Of a DNA stretch of 64,000 bases, positions 51,543-63,912 are shown piece by piece. Location of the stretch: NCBI RefSeq assembly GCF_001194135.2, contig NC_068995.1:10844141-10908140 (forward strand). Direction: 5' to 3'. Numbering within the stretch: position 1 is the stretch's first letter; each line of letters begins with the position of its first letter. The DNA is from Octopus bimaculoides. Its lineage: Eukaryota. A program made the translations under genes and the position numbers. A model generated the notes under the pieces. It did not search any database and was not told where the DNA came from. It worked only from the letters and a program-made list of their open reading frames with translations.

Positions 51543-51877
51543 GTGTCTTCTATTATAGCCTCGGGCCGACCAAAGCCTTGTGAGTGGATTTGGTAGACGG
51601 AAACTGAAAGAAGCCCGTCGTATATATGCATATATATATATATGTGTATATGTGTGTATATGTTTGTGTGTCTGTGTTTGTCCCCACCCCAACATCGCTT
51701 GACAACTGATGCTGGTGTGTTTACGTCCTCGTAACTTAGCGGTTCGGCAAAAGTGACCGATAGAATAAGTACTAGGCTTACAAAGAATAAGTCCTGCGGT
51801 CGATTTGCTTGACTAAAGGTGGTGCTCCAGCATGGCCGCAGTCAAATGACTACAACAAGTAAAAGAGTAAAAGAGTA
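51543..51877 (+). mobile_element. SINE family A, young copy with the head lost in a gap
   Basis: CpG-rich match to family A; ends CAGTCAAATGACT...GTAAAAGAGTAAAAGAG. Confidence 0.85.
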
Positions 51878-52691
51878 GTACTTATTCTATTGGTTATGGG
51901 GATGTAAACAAACCAACATCCATTGTGAAGCAGTGGTAGAGGACAAACATAGATACACACACATGCAGTCATACATGTGACGGTCTTCTTTCCGAATCCA
52001 CTCATGGGGCTTTGGTTAGCCTCAGACTGAACTCAAGGTTACACAGTCGGGAAGCAAGATTCTTACCCCAAAGCAACCACCTTTTAATATTTAAACAGTG
52101 TTTCTGCTATCCACATCACCCCTTGAAACAGTTATAGCTAACCAAAACCAAAACCAATAATTATAATAATAATAATAATAATAATAAATATAAATAAATA
52201 ATTTTAAAAAATAAAATAAAATTCTCTCGACATACAGATCACCATTAGCTACAAATACCAGCGACTATTTTTGTCCGTTTTTTTTTTTGTTTTTTTTTGG
52301 TTGTTGTTTATTGATTTCATTTATATTTTATTACCTCACAGCTACATTTCCTCAGAAGGAACAAAAAAAAGAAACACCGAAAAAAAATAAAATAAAAGCA
52401 AAAAAAAAAAATATAACCACCGAAAAAAAAAAAGACAAAAAAACTTTATTTATGAGACACATTGGTACTTTAATTGATATGTTCTGCTATGTTATTTTCA
52501 AACATAAACATAGTCATCAAAGATGACTGAAGAAATAAAAATGTAAAAATAAATAAATAAATAAAATAATATAAAAATAAAATAAAATAGAAACCGGTTG
52601 TATCATGATAGGGTCATGTCAGACATTTAAAACACATTATCTTTCCGTTGTTTTTTTAATTTCTTTTTATATTTTCATTGTTTTATTTTAT

Positions 52692-53008
52692 TTAACTCTT
52701 TTGATACCAAACCGCTTGAGACCACCTCTGGTTTTTACGATACAAAATAAAATTAAATAAAATTAAAAAAAAAACAAATTAAAAAAAAAAACTCCTATAA
52801 TTTTAAAGTCTTCATATTTAAATTAAAACCTTCCATCATAGTTTTTATGTAAGCACCTTTCTGTTGGGTTATGTTCCAAACGTTATCTTTATAATGAAAA
52901 TGTTAGTTATTTTAACTAGACTCCAAACAAAATTCTCGATTATTTTGGAAATTAATTGAACCACAGAGACGGTGAATTTTATTAGATATATGGTAACTAA
53001 AGGGTTAA
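52692..53008 (+). mobile_element. piggyBac-like MITE family 2
   Basis: TTAACTCTTTTTGATACCAA ... GGTAACTAAAGGGTTAA, with TTAA at both ends. Confidence 0.6.
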
Positions 53009-54029
53009 TAGTTTGATATTGATTTCTTACATTAGTGTTAGGCTACACACTGGTACTGAAGAGAATAAAGAGATGTTATAAATTGTTGTAGAACTTACTA
53101 ACTTCACAAGGTACAAAAGGTAATTCCCACTAGGACTGGCATCACTGTAACTCTACCCAGGACGTTCATTAAAGTGACTGGTAAATGTGTAGAGATATGG
53201 GGCTGGGAGAATTCTTCAATCATTTTAAGGACAGGGCACCTTCTGTTGTGCCAGTGCCTAAATAAAATGCATCTAGTGTACACTAAAAAATGGTGGCAAG
53301 TAAAAAGAAAACACTAAGATAAAGAGGGCTCCTTAATCTTTTTGAGAATAAAGCAACCCCTTTGGTGCTGGTGCAAGAAGAAAATGCATCCAAGCAAACA
53401 CTGAGGTAAAGACGATTCTTTAGTATTGCCTAGGGTGTGGCAACACCTCTAGTGCTGGTGCCACAATAAAATGCACCTAGTACACTTTGTAAAGACCCTC
53501 ACATCAAGAATGGCATCCAACCATAGAAACCAAGCTAAAGGTATGAAATGTACAAGTGAAACATGGTTCTTTGAGCCATCTAGGAGAACAATAATTTTAT
53601 ATAAGAACTGAAGCAGACAGTGATGACCGGTTGAACCTATAGGCAGCATGGAAAGCAGGTGTAAGGAAATGTTGACAAGGCATGTCCAATTGAATTAACT
53701 TCGAAGTACATGTATTGCAATATTTATTTTATTTATTCTAGATGGGTGCAGGTCTATCTGAGTGCTTTAGAAGTTTGTTTTCCAATTATACAGTTCCAAG
53801 TTTGAACCTGCTGTACGGCACCTGCGGCTGACCAATGCCTTATGAGTAGAACTGGTAGACAGAAACTATACATAAGTCTGTCATGTATCTATATTTATAC
53901 AAACATATGTATGTACGTATATGCATGTATATAAGTATGAATATATAGAAACCTATAAGCCTACTCACAGTACAAGCGTATGCATATGCTTTATGAGATA
54001 TGTAGACCACAATCACTTAATTATATAAA

Positions 54030-54133
54030 GAAGAGTCAGAGTTGGACTCGGAATCGGAGTCAGAGGTGCCAATAGTACAGGAGTTGGAGTCAGAGTCGGA
54101 GTTGAGATCTTTTGTTTCGACTCCACAGCCCTG
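54030..54133. mobile_element. One end of a hAT-like element with GGAGTC subterminal repeats
   Basis: Repeated (G/A)GAGT(C/T)(A/G)G units ending in CGACTCCACAGCCCTG, the reverse complement of CAGGGCTGTGGAGTCG. Confidence 0.6.
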
Positions 54134-55807
54134 GAAAGAAGTCTCCATCCAACTCATAGTAGCATGGAAAAGCAGATGTTAAAGCAAACTGGCAAACACA
54201 GGGAAACAATATATTTTCCTCTCACTCTTGTAGATAAATTAGCTTAGGAGGACGACAGTATCAATGCAATCAACAACAAAAGCAGATAGGCTTATAGTTA
54301 TGACAATTGAATAATAGGATATCAGATAAAATGTTAGATGATTAGAGATTTTAGAGGCTTTCTTACTGAAGAAGAGAAAAAAAAAAGAAAGAAAAAATGA
54401 ATGAGCTGTTTATGGGCGTTGGATAAATATTGTGAACTGAAGAGACAGATCTAATAAATACAATGAATTGAGAATGTGATTGGTTGTCATAAGTATTGAT
54501 TGGTGTACATAAGATACGAGACTGCAATGGTACAGACTTGATGGGCATGTATTGTGTATGGATCATAGGATCAAGTTATGCTGACTGAAGATGAAGACAA
54601 AGCAAACTGCTACATGCTGAAAGTACAATGAAGGAATGGGTAAAGAGAAGGAGAGAGTGTGATTAAATTCTTGTGACAAAATAGACAGTTAATTCTATCA
54701 GTAAATATTTATACAACACACAAAGGCCGAGGAGACATAGGAAATGGTACAATTTGGAGAGAAGATATTCTATTGAAACAAACTTTCTAAGAAAATATCA
54801 CTGAATTTTCTGAGACTACGATAACAGAATTTTCTGGAAATATTACAGTGATGATATAGACACAAGAATGGTGGTCTGTGTTAGCATTATGAGATAAGAG
54901 AGAACAAAAGAGGAGAAATGTTAGGGTGCTGTTTAATGAAGTTGAATATTATGTTTCTGGCAAACAAAATATTAATCTCTACTTCAGCATAGAAAGTACA
55001 GGCCCTACAAACACATATGCCCACTCCCTAAATAAACAAATAAGGGAACCCAAAAAGTTAAAAATTATCAGCCAAATTTTTCCCTTCAAATCACTCCCAA
55101 CCATCTTAAATGAGGAAGAATATATTAGATCAGGTTTTTCCCAAAATGGGTTCCGTGAGAAAATTTTTCTGGGGTTTAAAAATATATTTGAAACCTGGAA
55201 TTTACCATCAGTTTTACAGTAATAAGTCAATGTCGTTGTTGTTATCATTATTTAACATCCATTTCCTAAGATATCATAGGTTGGCCAGTTTGACAGGATG
55301 TGGCAAGTTGCAGGGCTGTGTTGAGCTCCACTATCAGCTTTGAGATGGTTTCTACAGCTAGATGCCCACCCTGATGCCAACTACTTTACAGTATGTAACC
55401 AGGTGCTTTATTTCATGCCACTGGTACTAGTGAGGTCACCAAATAAGTTACAAGATAAGAAAAGAAGAGCGTAAAAGACCCCATCACTAAGTGAGGGGAG
55501 TATTTGGGAGTGGAAGTGGGTTTATGCCAGGTATTGAGAGGGTAAAATATAAAGGGACATCAAAAAAATTCTCTCTCCACAAAATATTTTATTTCATTTA
55601 ATGTCTTAATTGAATTAATCATGCATTATCTCAAAGCTACAAGATTTCTATGATATGATTGATTATTTTTAGAACGGCATTGTAGGGTAAGTGTAAGAGG
55701 TCAGATCTGGTTGGTCTGAATGTAAAACAGGTTAAATATTTTGGTTGGATAGACCCGGTTTAAAGACTAAAGGTTTAAAGCCTTTTGATACTGACTGGCC
55801 TAGGACT

Positions 55808-55967
55808 GCAGGAGTGGCTGTGTGGTAAGTAGCTTGCTTACCAACCACATGGTTCTGGGTTCAGTCCCACTGCGTGACACCTTGGGCAAGTGTCTTCTAC
55901 TATAGCTTTGGGCCGACCAAAGCCTTGTGAGAGGATTTGGTAGGCGGAAACTGAAAGAAGCACGTCG

Positions 55968-56000
<33 letters not shown>

Positions 56001-56219
56001 CTGTGTGTGTGTGTGTGTGTGTTTGTCCTACCAACATTACTTGACAACTGATGCTAGTGTGTTTATGTCCCCGTAACTAAGCAGTTCGGCAGAAGAGACC
56101 GATAGAATAAGTACTAGGCTTACAAAGAATAAGTCCTGGTGGGGTGATTTGCTCAACTAAAGGTGGTGCTCCAGCATGGCCGCAGCCGAATGACTGAAAC
56201 AAATAAAAGAATAAAAGAA
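55808..56219 (+). mobile_element. SINE family A, complete reference copy
   Basis: A box-like TGGCTGTGTGG and B box-like GGTTCAGTCCC, then body, central (TA)n(TG)n, and a tail ending in TAAAAGAA repeats. Confidence 0.9.
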
Positions 56220-57051
56220 CGGTAACAAGAGGGTTAGAATTAGAATAATGACTTTTTTTTTTGTAAAATATAAATATTGTTTCTGTGATTCTGTGATTGT
56301 TCCCAAAAATTTTTGGGAAATTCTATAGGGGTTCTATGACACCTTTAAAATTATAAAAGGATTCCATAATTTTTTGTTTTCAAATCTCATAATTTGTATA
56401 AGGATTTTTATGACTTTTTTGGAAAATTGAATAAGGATTTTGCGATGGTCTTTTTTGAAGAATTCTGCAATAAAATAAGTTTGACAACCATTACATTAAT
56501 TAATGATATGTCCAGATACAGGACATATCATTAATTAATGATATGTCCAGATACAGGACAGAGAAAACACAATACAGATGGTCACATCTGGAATGCCTTT
56601 CATGAGATCAGAGGCTTGCTCGATCTAATCTAAGCTGACCTGGGGCTACACATCAACAACACAATAACAACAACAACAATGGCATTCCAATCACCTCAAA
56701 ATTGCAGGAAATGACTTTTATGGGAAAATGTAAATATTTGTCTCTGCACAAATATTTGTAGAAGGAATGCAGTAAAGTTGATTAGTTTGACTTTATTCTA
56801 TGGCCAACCCGACCCATCCGAGCCCAGCCCTGACGATTATTGGTCTTTATCCAGTTAATTAAATACAAATATGTTCCAGGCAGAATTTGAACTATGGAAC
56901 ATAGAAGGATGGAACTAATTATGGGAAAGCTAATTATTCCAGTTCATTCACCATAATTTTAATCCATTGGATCTGACCAATTAGATAAATAGTAAACAAT
57001 GTATGTTTAATTAATGGCTGCTTGAAATGCTACCATCTAATCCTACATTGC

Positions 57052-57091
<40 letters not shown>

Positions 57092-57329
57092 CACAGATAC
57101 ACAAACACACACACACTCACATACACACACAAACACACACACAGTGACATAGAGTGTAGATATGTATATGACCCTTTATAGGACAAATAAAAGCAAAATC
57201 TCTCACTTTCTCCCTCACACGCATATCACTGTATCAACAGATGTAGTTACACATTGCTAGTTACAGTGCACTTCCTCACACTGCTGTAGCTTTCAAATGA
57301 TACAACCCGACTAGCTAGGTGAGCAGGCC

Positions 57330-57622
57330 AGCACTATACTGGAATGGAATGCCAGTCCAGTGTAGGGTTACCCATCAACAGCTGAGTAAAAATACAGAGG
57401 TTACCTTTTCGAGTCTTGCTGACTAATAAGGGCCAGTTTCCTGGTTTCCATGGAATATAAATTCCCCCACCTAGACTGGACACTGGTCTGTGGCAGGATT
57501 ACTCATTTTTGCCAGCTGAGTGAACTGGAGCAACGTGAAATGAATTGTTTTACTCAAGAACACAACGTATTGCCTGGTCCAGGAATCGAAACTACAATCT
57601 TATGATCATAGGACTGATGCAA
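57330..57622 (-). mobile_element. SINE family D, degenerate
   Basis: TACTCATTTTTGCCAGCTGAGTGAACTGGAGCAACGTGAAATGAA...CAAGAACACAAC...AGGAATCGAAAC. Confidence 0.65.
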
Positions 57623-57775
57623 TCAACTAGTCCTCTCCCACCAAATTTCAGGTCTTGTGCTTTTAGTAGAAAAGATTATTAACATTATAATTATATATAT
57701 ATATATATATATATGAGTCGCCATGATAGGTCGCTAGCCACTAAACCATTTTAACTTTCTCTCTCTGTTTATTTC

Positions 57776-58065
57776 TGGAGGATAATATGCTGAACCCAAC
57801 TACTTGCAGACAGTGTATCCCGTTGAATTCATTAATTTAATTCATAGCTAAAGTGACAAAAAAAAAAATCCCCACAAAGTACAGGTGTTTATGACAAACC
57901 ATGTTATTTTGCCAACCGGGTTTACAGATAGAAGTACAAAGTACATAAGGAATTAGAGAATGAACAGAAGTTTAATCTTACAGCTGTTTCGACCTAGCTT
58001 TGGCATGCCCCATTCTATCCGAACAGTTCTTGCCGGAGTGATTATCGGATGAAATGTTGAAATGG

Positions 58066-58070
<5 letters not shown>
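57776..58070 (-). repeat. Second copy of the 300-bp pLTR-like unit with a half hammerhead
   Basis: Aligns with 28265-28550. The minus strand has CUAGGUC-GAAAC-AGCU-GUA-AGAUU at 57974-57997. Confidence 0.55.
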
Positions 58071-58099
<29 letters not shown>

Positions 58100-58113
<14 letters not shown>

Positions 58114-58684
58114 AGACTTGAATAAAAATTCAGTTGGAAATAGGACAAAGATAACGTTATATGAGAGAGTAAATAGCAATAAAAAACTTGGTAGAAATGA
58201 ATTTGATTTTACCACGAATGATTAAATTAATACTAAATCTGAGAGAAATATAAAACATTATCTTTGCAATTGTTCTAAATGGGACTCCTGTTATGTGAAT
58301 AATAAATGTAAAACTAAAAATGTAACACATAGATGTAAAGTTATATCTGAGGGAAATGAATAGTTTTACATCAATGCAACTGCACTTAGTTCCAAAAAGA
58401 GACTGGCTAATCACTTAAGTTCATTCAGTAATAAATATAAAGGATTCCAAACAAGTCTAAGTAAATTAGTCTGGTCTATTAAAGACAGAAACAAAGACTA
58501 TACTATTAACTGGGAATTAATTAGTACTGCAGAAACATACAGACCTGGAACTAATAAATGTGATTTATGTTTAGAAGAATTTTACTATATTTTTACATCT
58601 AACGGTAATATAATAAGCTCTGGACAGGAACAAGCTTTGAGATGCTTGCACATGAGAAAATTCACTTTTGCTCAGAATAAATGA
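58100..58684 (+). pseudogene. Penelope-like element 3' fragment: GIY-YIG endonuclease domain with stops
   Basis: One frame reads ...LCNCSKWDSCYVNNKCKTKNVTHRCKVISEGNE*FYINATALSSKKRLANHLSSF...SLSKLVWSIKD...INWELI...YRPGTNKCDLCLEEFYYI...RCLHMRKF..NK* (stop 58682-58684). It shows the CNC..CP..G.C, YIG-like, H..SF, CxLCLxE and CxH motifs of PLE endonucleases. Confidence 0.85.
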
Positions 58685-58859
58685 GTAATAAACATCTAAA
58701 CAACAGAAAGTTTTGAAATAATGGGCTATGAATGATTATCCAATCAAAATTTGAATTGAAGATAGTTTGCAGCTAAATTAATGAACAACTCCACATCATG
58801 CAATGCAGAGTACATAAACGAAAAACTTTAAATAGTTGAATCAAACGATATTAAAGTGA

Positions 58860-58945
58860 AGACCCTGAAGAAACTGCACCAGTATTATAATAGGGCTGCA
58901 ACTGCAACAGTTACTAATCAATGCAGTTGAAACACGTGTAGGTCT
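58860..58945 (+). ncRNA. Type I hammerhead ribozyme with canonical core in the Penelope 3' pLTR
   Basis: AGACC-CUGAAGA-AACUGCA-[43 nt]-UGCAGUU-GAAAC-ACGU-GUA-GGUCU. Stem I 5 bp, stem II 7 bp perfect, stem III palindrome ACACGUGU. Predicted cleavage after 58940. Confidence 0.85.
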
Positions 58946-59022
58946 AAGTGAAGCTGTGTATATATAAAAAGGAATTAAAGGTGATACTTTGCCACTTCGT
59001 AATAATCCTTATTATTAGTATT

Positions 59023-59109
<87 letters not shown>

Positions 59110-59205
59110 GTAAATGAAGATATTTCCTTTAATTTGGTGCTTTTCTTTCTATGAAATGAGAAGATACATTGCAGAACTGTTATTTTAAATGAGTTGTGTC
59201 TATTT

Positions 59206-59311
59206 ATCACCTGATGAGACACACCTGCACCATCAGGTGCTCCTGAACTAGTTGTTGAGTGTCCTACCTGTGAGGGATCGATGCTAGATGTGCCGAAACA
59301 ATTGTTGTGAT
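59206..59311 (+). ncRNA. Second type I hammerhead ribozyme with canonical core
   Basis: AUCAC-CUGAUGA-GACACA-[65 nt]-UGUGCC-GAAAC-AAUU-GUU-GUGAU. Stem I 5 bp (extendable), stem II 5 of 6, palindrome ACAAUUGU. Predicted cleavage after 59306. Confidence 0.75.
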
Positions 59312-59949
59312 TAATAATAAATTCTCGTATATTTCATCTTCTGTCTTTCATTCACCATATATATATATATATATATATAGACATGATGGACTTTATACAG
59401 TTTCTATCTATCAAATTCTTTCAGAAGGTACTTGCTGATTGGCATAAGATGATATCAGAAGACACTTGTGCAATGTGTCATGCAGTGGGACTGAACCCTA
59501 AACCACAGGGTTGTAGATCTCCTGTTGACAGCTGACAATTTCAGTATACTCTATACAAGCTCTATATAATATCTAATTATCTTTAAACATATAAATGTTT
59601 ATATTTCTCATAACACATCATGTTGCCTTTCCATTAAGTAGTTTATATGATTGTGCGAGTGTATGGCATATGTATGTGTGTGAGAGAGAGAGGAAGAAAG
59701 ACGGGGAGAGAGAGAGAGAGAGAGAAAGAAAGAAAGAGAGCATGTGAATGTGTTATGATCATAATTCTGAGTGTGTAGGAAAAGGTCAATGAATACAGGT
59801 GACAAAATTTAGTTTGTGTGTACGTGTGTGTGTAAATAGTAAAAATAAACTGACATTAATGTATTTGCGGAGCAAAATGAAATTAATTTTATGAGCGTTC
59901 AAGTTGTGAATCAGCGACATGATCAAAATTGGAGTGGAACATAATTAAA

Positions 59950-59982
<33 letters not shown>

Positions 59983-60844
59983 AGCACACATGTACACACA
60001 CACGCACATTATCATCATCAGCATTTTAATGTCCACTTTTCCATGCTGGCATGAACCTGTGGAAGTTCATTGAGGCAGACTTTTCCTTGGTTGGATGCTC
60101 TTCCGGTTATTTCATAAATGAGGTAGAGGAGAAGAAAAAAGTGTGTGTGTGTGTGCATGTGTAATATATAGGTCTGGCGATACAAACAGGAAAACAAAAC
60201 TCAAAATATAAGTATATATATATATATATACATATGTTTCAATTATAAGTTGACAGAAGTTACAGAGTGACTCAGGGACCAAAACCTTATATACACAAAC
60301 AAGCACACACACACAGACATACCTATACACACACCAACACTAACACACATACACATACATACACACAGCCATGCATGCACATATACAGATAGATCTAGCT
60401 AAGAAGGAAGCGTCTACATGCTTGCTCAACTTGCTAGACATAGCAATTAAATCTCCATCAAAATCACACTGCGTCATCAAAACAGAATTAGGAAGAAACT
60501 GAATAATGGACTTCCAGATACATTACAGCATTGTATGTATGTATGTATGTATATATGTATGTATGTATGTATGTGTTTAGTTGTATATATGTCACATGAT
60601 TTTATATTTGATTTTTACTGTAAAAAACTGGGTTGCATCTTAGACACAGGGCAAGCATGATATCAAGTTTGAATATGAAGGGAAAACATTGTGCACCAAG
60701 ATTTAGCTCTAAATTAGAGCTGTTACTCATATATAAGTGCAATTTATGCAAGAATAAATACCTCACTACATATCTATTTTTCTATCTTTCTGTAGGTCTG
60801 TCTGTCTATCTGTCTATCTATCTCTCTCTATCTATCTATTTATA

Positions 60845-61248
60845 CTCTTTACTCTTTTACTTGTTTCAGTCATTTGACTGTGGCCATGCTGGAGCACCAC
60901 CTTTAGTCGAGCAAATCGACCCCAGGACTTATTTTTTGTAAACCTAGTACTTATTCTATCGGTTCCTTTTGCTAAACTGCTAAATTACAGGGACGTAAGC
61001 ACGCCAGCATCGGTTGTCTAGCGATGTTGGGGGGACAAACACAGATACACAAACATATACACACATACATATGTATGTATGTACATATATATATACAACG
61101 GACTTCTTTCAGTTTCTGTCTACCAAATCCACTCTCAAGGCTTTGGTCGGCCCAAGGCTATAGTAGAAGACACTTACCCAAGGTGCCATGCAGTGGGACT
61201 GAACCCGGAACCATGTGGTTCGTAAGCAAGCTACTTACCACACAGCCA
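60845..61248 (-). mobile_element. SINE family A, complete
   Basis: Full reverse-complement match to 55808-56219. Confidence 0.9.
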
Positions 61249-61344
61249 ACCACTGTTGTGGTTAATGATTTAAGCCTGTTTATTCCATCTTCCTGTTTTG
61301 TAAATTTACTCCTGGTGGTTTGCTGTGCATGAAAAGACACTTCC

Positions 61345-61665
61345 AAGCTAAGTAAAAGCATGGTTGCCCTTGCATACAGGCTTGTCCCTTGTGACCCTCT
61401 CCAGTTGAGCATCCCTAATTTTGTGACGGCACACGTTTTGTAAATGCTGGTGCCACATAAAAAGGGCCCATGCCAGTGTCGCATAAAAGCACCCAGTACA
61501 CTCTGTTAATTGGTTGGCATTAGGAAGGGCATCCAGCCAATGGAAACCATGCCAAAACAGACGATTGGAGCCTGAACAGCTCTTCAGCTGGTCAGCTTCA
61601 GTCAAACCATCCAACCCATGCCAGCATGGAAAAGTGGACGTTGAATGATGATGATGATGATGATG
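61345..61665 (+). mobile_element. SINE family C
   Basis: GGCATTAGGAAGGGCATCCAGCC...CCAACCCATGCCAGCATGGAAAAGTGGACGTTGAATGATGATG. Confidence 0.8.
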
Positions 61666-61670
61666 GTGGT

Positions 61671-61945
61671 GATATATAAGTATGTGTGTATATAAATAGA
61701 CATGGCTGAATCAAGGTGGTAATATTTTTGATCATAAGTGTACTAAACGAGTGCTGAGCCAGGGTTAAAGAAAAACAACAGCGATAATGATGACAATGAC
61801 GATGATGATGATGATATATAAGTATGTGTGTATATAAATAGACATGGCTGAATCAAGGCGGTAATGTTTTTGATTATAAGTGTACTAAATGAGAGCTGAG
61901 CCAGGGTTAAAGAAAAACAACAGCGATAATGATGACGATGATGGT
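61671..61945 (+). repeat. 142-bp tandem duplication bounded by (GAT)n
   Basis: Units start at 61671 and 61813 (GATATATAAGTATGTGTG...). A handful of substitutions separate them and no gap is nearby. Confidence 0.9.
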
Positions 61946-63341
61946 GACGACAACGATGATGATGATGATGATGCTGATGATGATGACAAGGATGATGACA
62001 GTGATGAGAAATTTGCTGAACCCTAAATCCACAACTGTGAAGAAGCAGACGTGATGAAAAGATGAATAGATTTTACAGCGAAAGCAACAACTGCTAAGAT
62101 GAATTGAACGATGGTTAGTTAGAGTTGAATGACATAGGAATATAAAGAAAGACAGAGGAATAAAAACAGGAAAACAAGAAAAAAAAAAGACATATAAACA
62201 ACGAAAAACAAAAAAAAAGCCAAACAAATATATATACAAAAAAAAAGGAACAAGAAAGGAAAGAGAAAAACATGGAAACCCCATCCTGAAGCAAAGATTT
62301 GTCAGACCATTAAAGGTTAAAGAGCTTTCAGACAAGTTGGAGTTTAGAAGAATAATCATTTGCGAAAGAGATAGCAATTAATTTGTACTTATTTAGATAA
62401 AGTACAATTTAGAACGGTAACACACCCCGAGACAACTCAACACCTGATCCACCCTCGTCCACCACCACCCCACCGCTGCTGCAAAGAAAGCGATTAATCA
62501 TAAGATTCTGGTTAGAAATCGTAATTGTTTCGGTCGGGTGTTGTTCTCATAGAGTTACCTCCTCACCAGCGGCGGCTTACTCCCCAACCCTAACTCCACA
62601 CTTGTTTGTTTGTTTGTTTTTTTTTGTTATCATTTTTATCGTTTTTTTTTTTAGTTTAGTTCTTCTCCCCTCCCCTCTCTTCCACCCCCTCATGTTAATA
62701 TATTCCATTTTACCTTCCTATCATGAATAGGATGGCTTACATAAAATTTTATGCAATGACTTATACTGCTGCTGTTACATTGTATAAGTTGTTGATTTTT
62801 GTTTAGTTATTTTTTCTTCTTTTTGTTTTATTTTTTTTCCTACCTTTTCCAGTTGGGTGCCTTTTTTTCTTTCTTTCCAATTGCTTAACCATTCAACTGT
62901 GAAGCAAAGAACTGAACCTATAATCAACCTAACCTGACAAGCTGAATAAAGCAAAGTCGTGTTTGTATTTATGCAAATTTCTTTTTTCCTTTATACCTCT
63001 TAGTGAGGGAGGAAAGATCAGCACCTGTGATTCTTTTTTTCCTTTCATTCTTTTTCCACCGCTCTGAACGGTAGACTGCGGCCATGCTGGGGCATTGCCT
63101 TGAAGCGTTTAGTTGAACAAATCAACCCCAGGGCTTATTCTATCATTCTCTTTTTGCTGAACCACCAAGATATGGGAACACAAACAAACCAACACCTGTT
63201 GGCAAGCAGTGGTGCAGGACAAACACATACTTAAAAAGACACAAATACTCACATAGGTATGTACACATATACATATATGATAGACTTCTTTCAGTCTAAC
63301 AATTCTGCCAGCTTGCTACCATAATAATGATGATGATGATG

Positions 63342-63566
63342 ATAGAAAAAGTTGATAAATATGGAGACCTGAGAATTGAGATTGCTAAGTTGTGGCAGCT
63401 ACGAGAATCGAACATAAAGATTATCCCTATTGTCATCGGGGCATTGAGTTCAATAGCACCCAATCTGAAACGACATCTGAGAACCTTAGGGATTCTCTAC
63501 AATCTGGATGTATTGCAAAAGTCGGCATTACTTGGAACTGCATGCATATTGTGTATATGTCTATAA
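63342..63566 (+). pseudogene. C-terminal fragment of a restriction-like-endonuclease non-LTR retrotransposon (R4/Dong-like)
   Basis: IEKVDKYGDLRIEIAKLWQLRESNIKIIPIVIGALSSIAPNLKRHLRTLGILYNLDVLQKSALLGTACIL matches the EK..KY.DL..EI..LW....IP.VIGALG...LQK.ALLGTA.IL motif I recall for this group. The track's leading Met run is (GAT)n microsatellite. Confidence 0.8.
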
Positions 63567-63688
63567 TAATACTGCATAAATCTCTCTGAGAGATTTAGAA
63601 ATGTATTATTTCTACTTTTGAAATCAATGAATGTATTTCATTAGAATTAGCCTTTCATCCTTTTGCGGGGTCGATATCAGAAGTAGAT

Positions 63689-63912
63689 TTAACCCTTTAG
63701 TATTCAGATTACTCTGTCAAATATAATACTTATTTATTCACATTGTTTTGAATTAATTATACATTATCTTCTAGCTTTGAGGTTTCGATTAAGTGATTGC
63801 TTAATTTTAGGATGACATTGTAGGATAGGTGTAAGAGGCCAGATCTGGCCAGTTTGAACATAAAACAGAATATATAGGCTGGATATGGCCGGTTTAAAAG
63901 CCAAAGGTTTAA
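63689..63912 (+). mobile_element. piggyBac-like MITE family 1
   Basis: TTAA|CCCTTTAGTATT ... AAGCCAAAGGT|TTAA. Partial copies at 5751 and 55608-55778. Confidence 0.7.
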
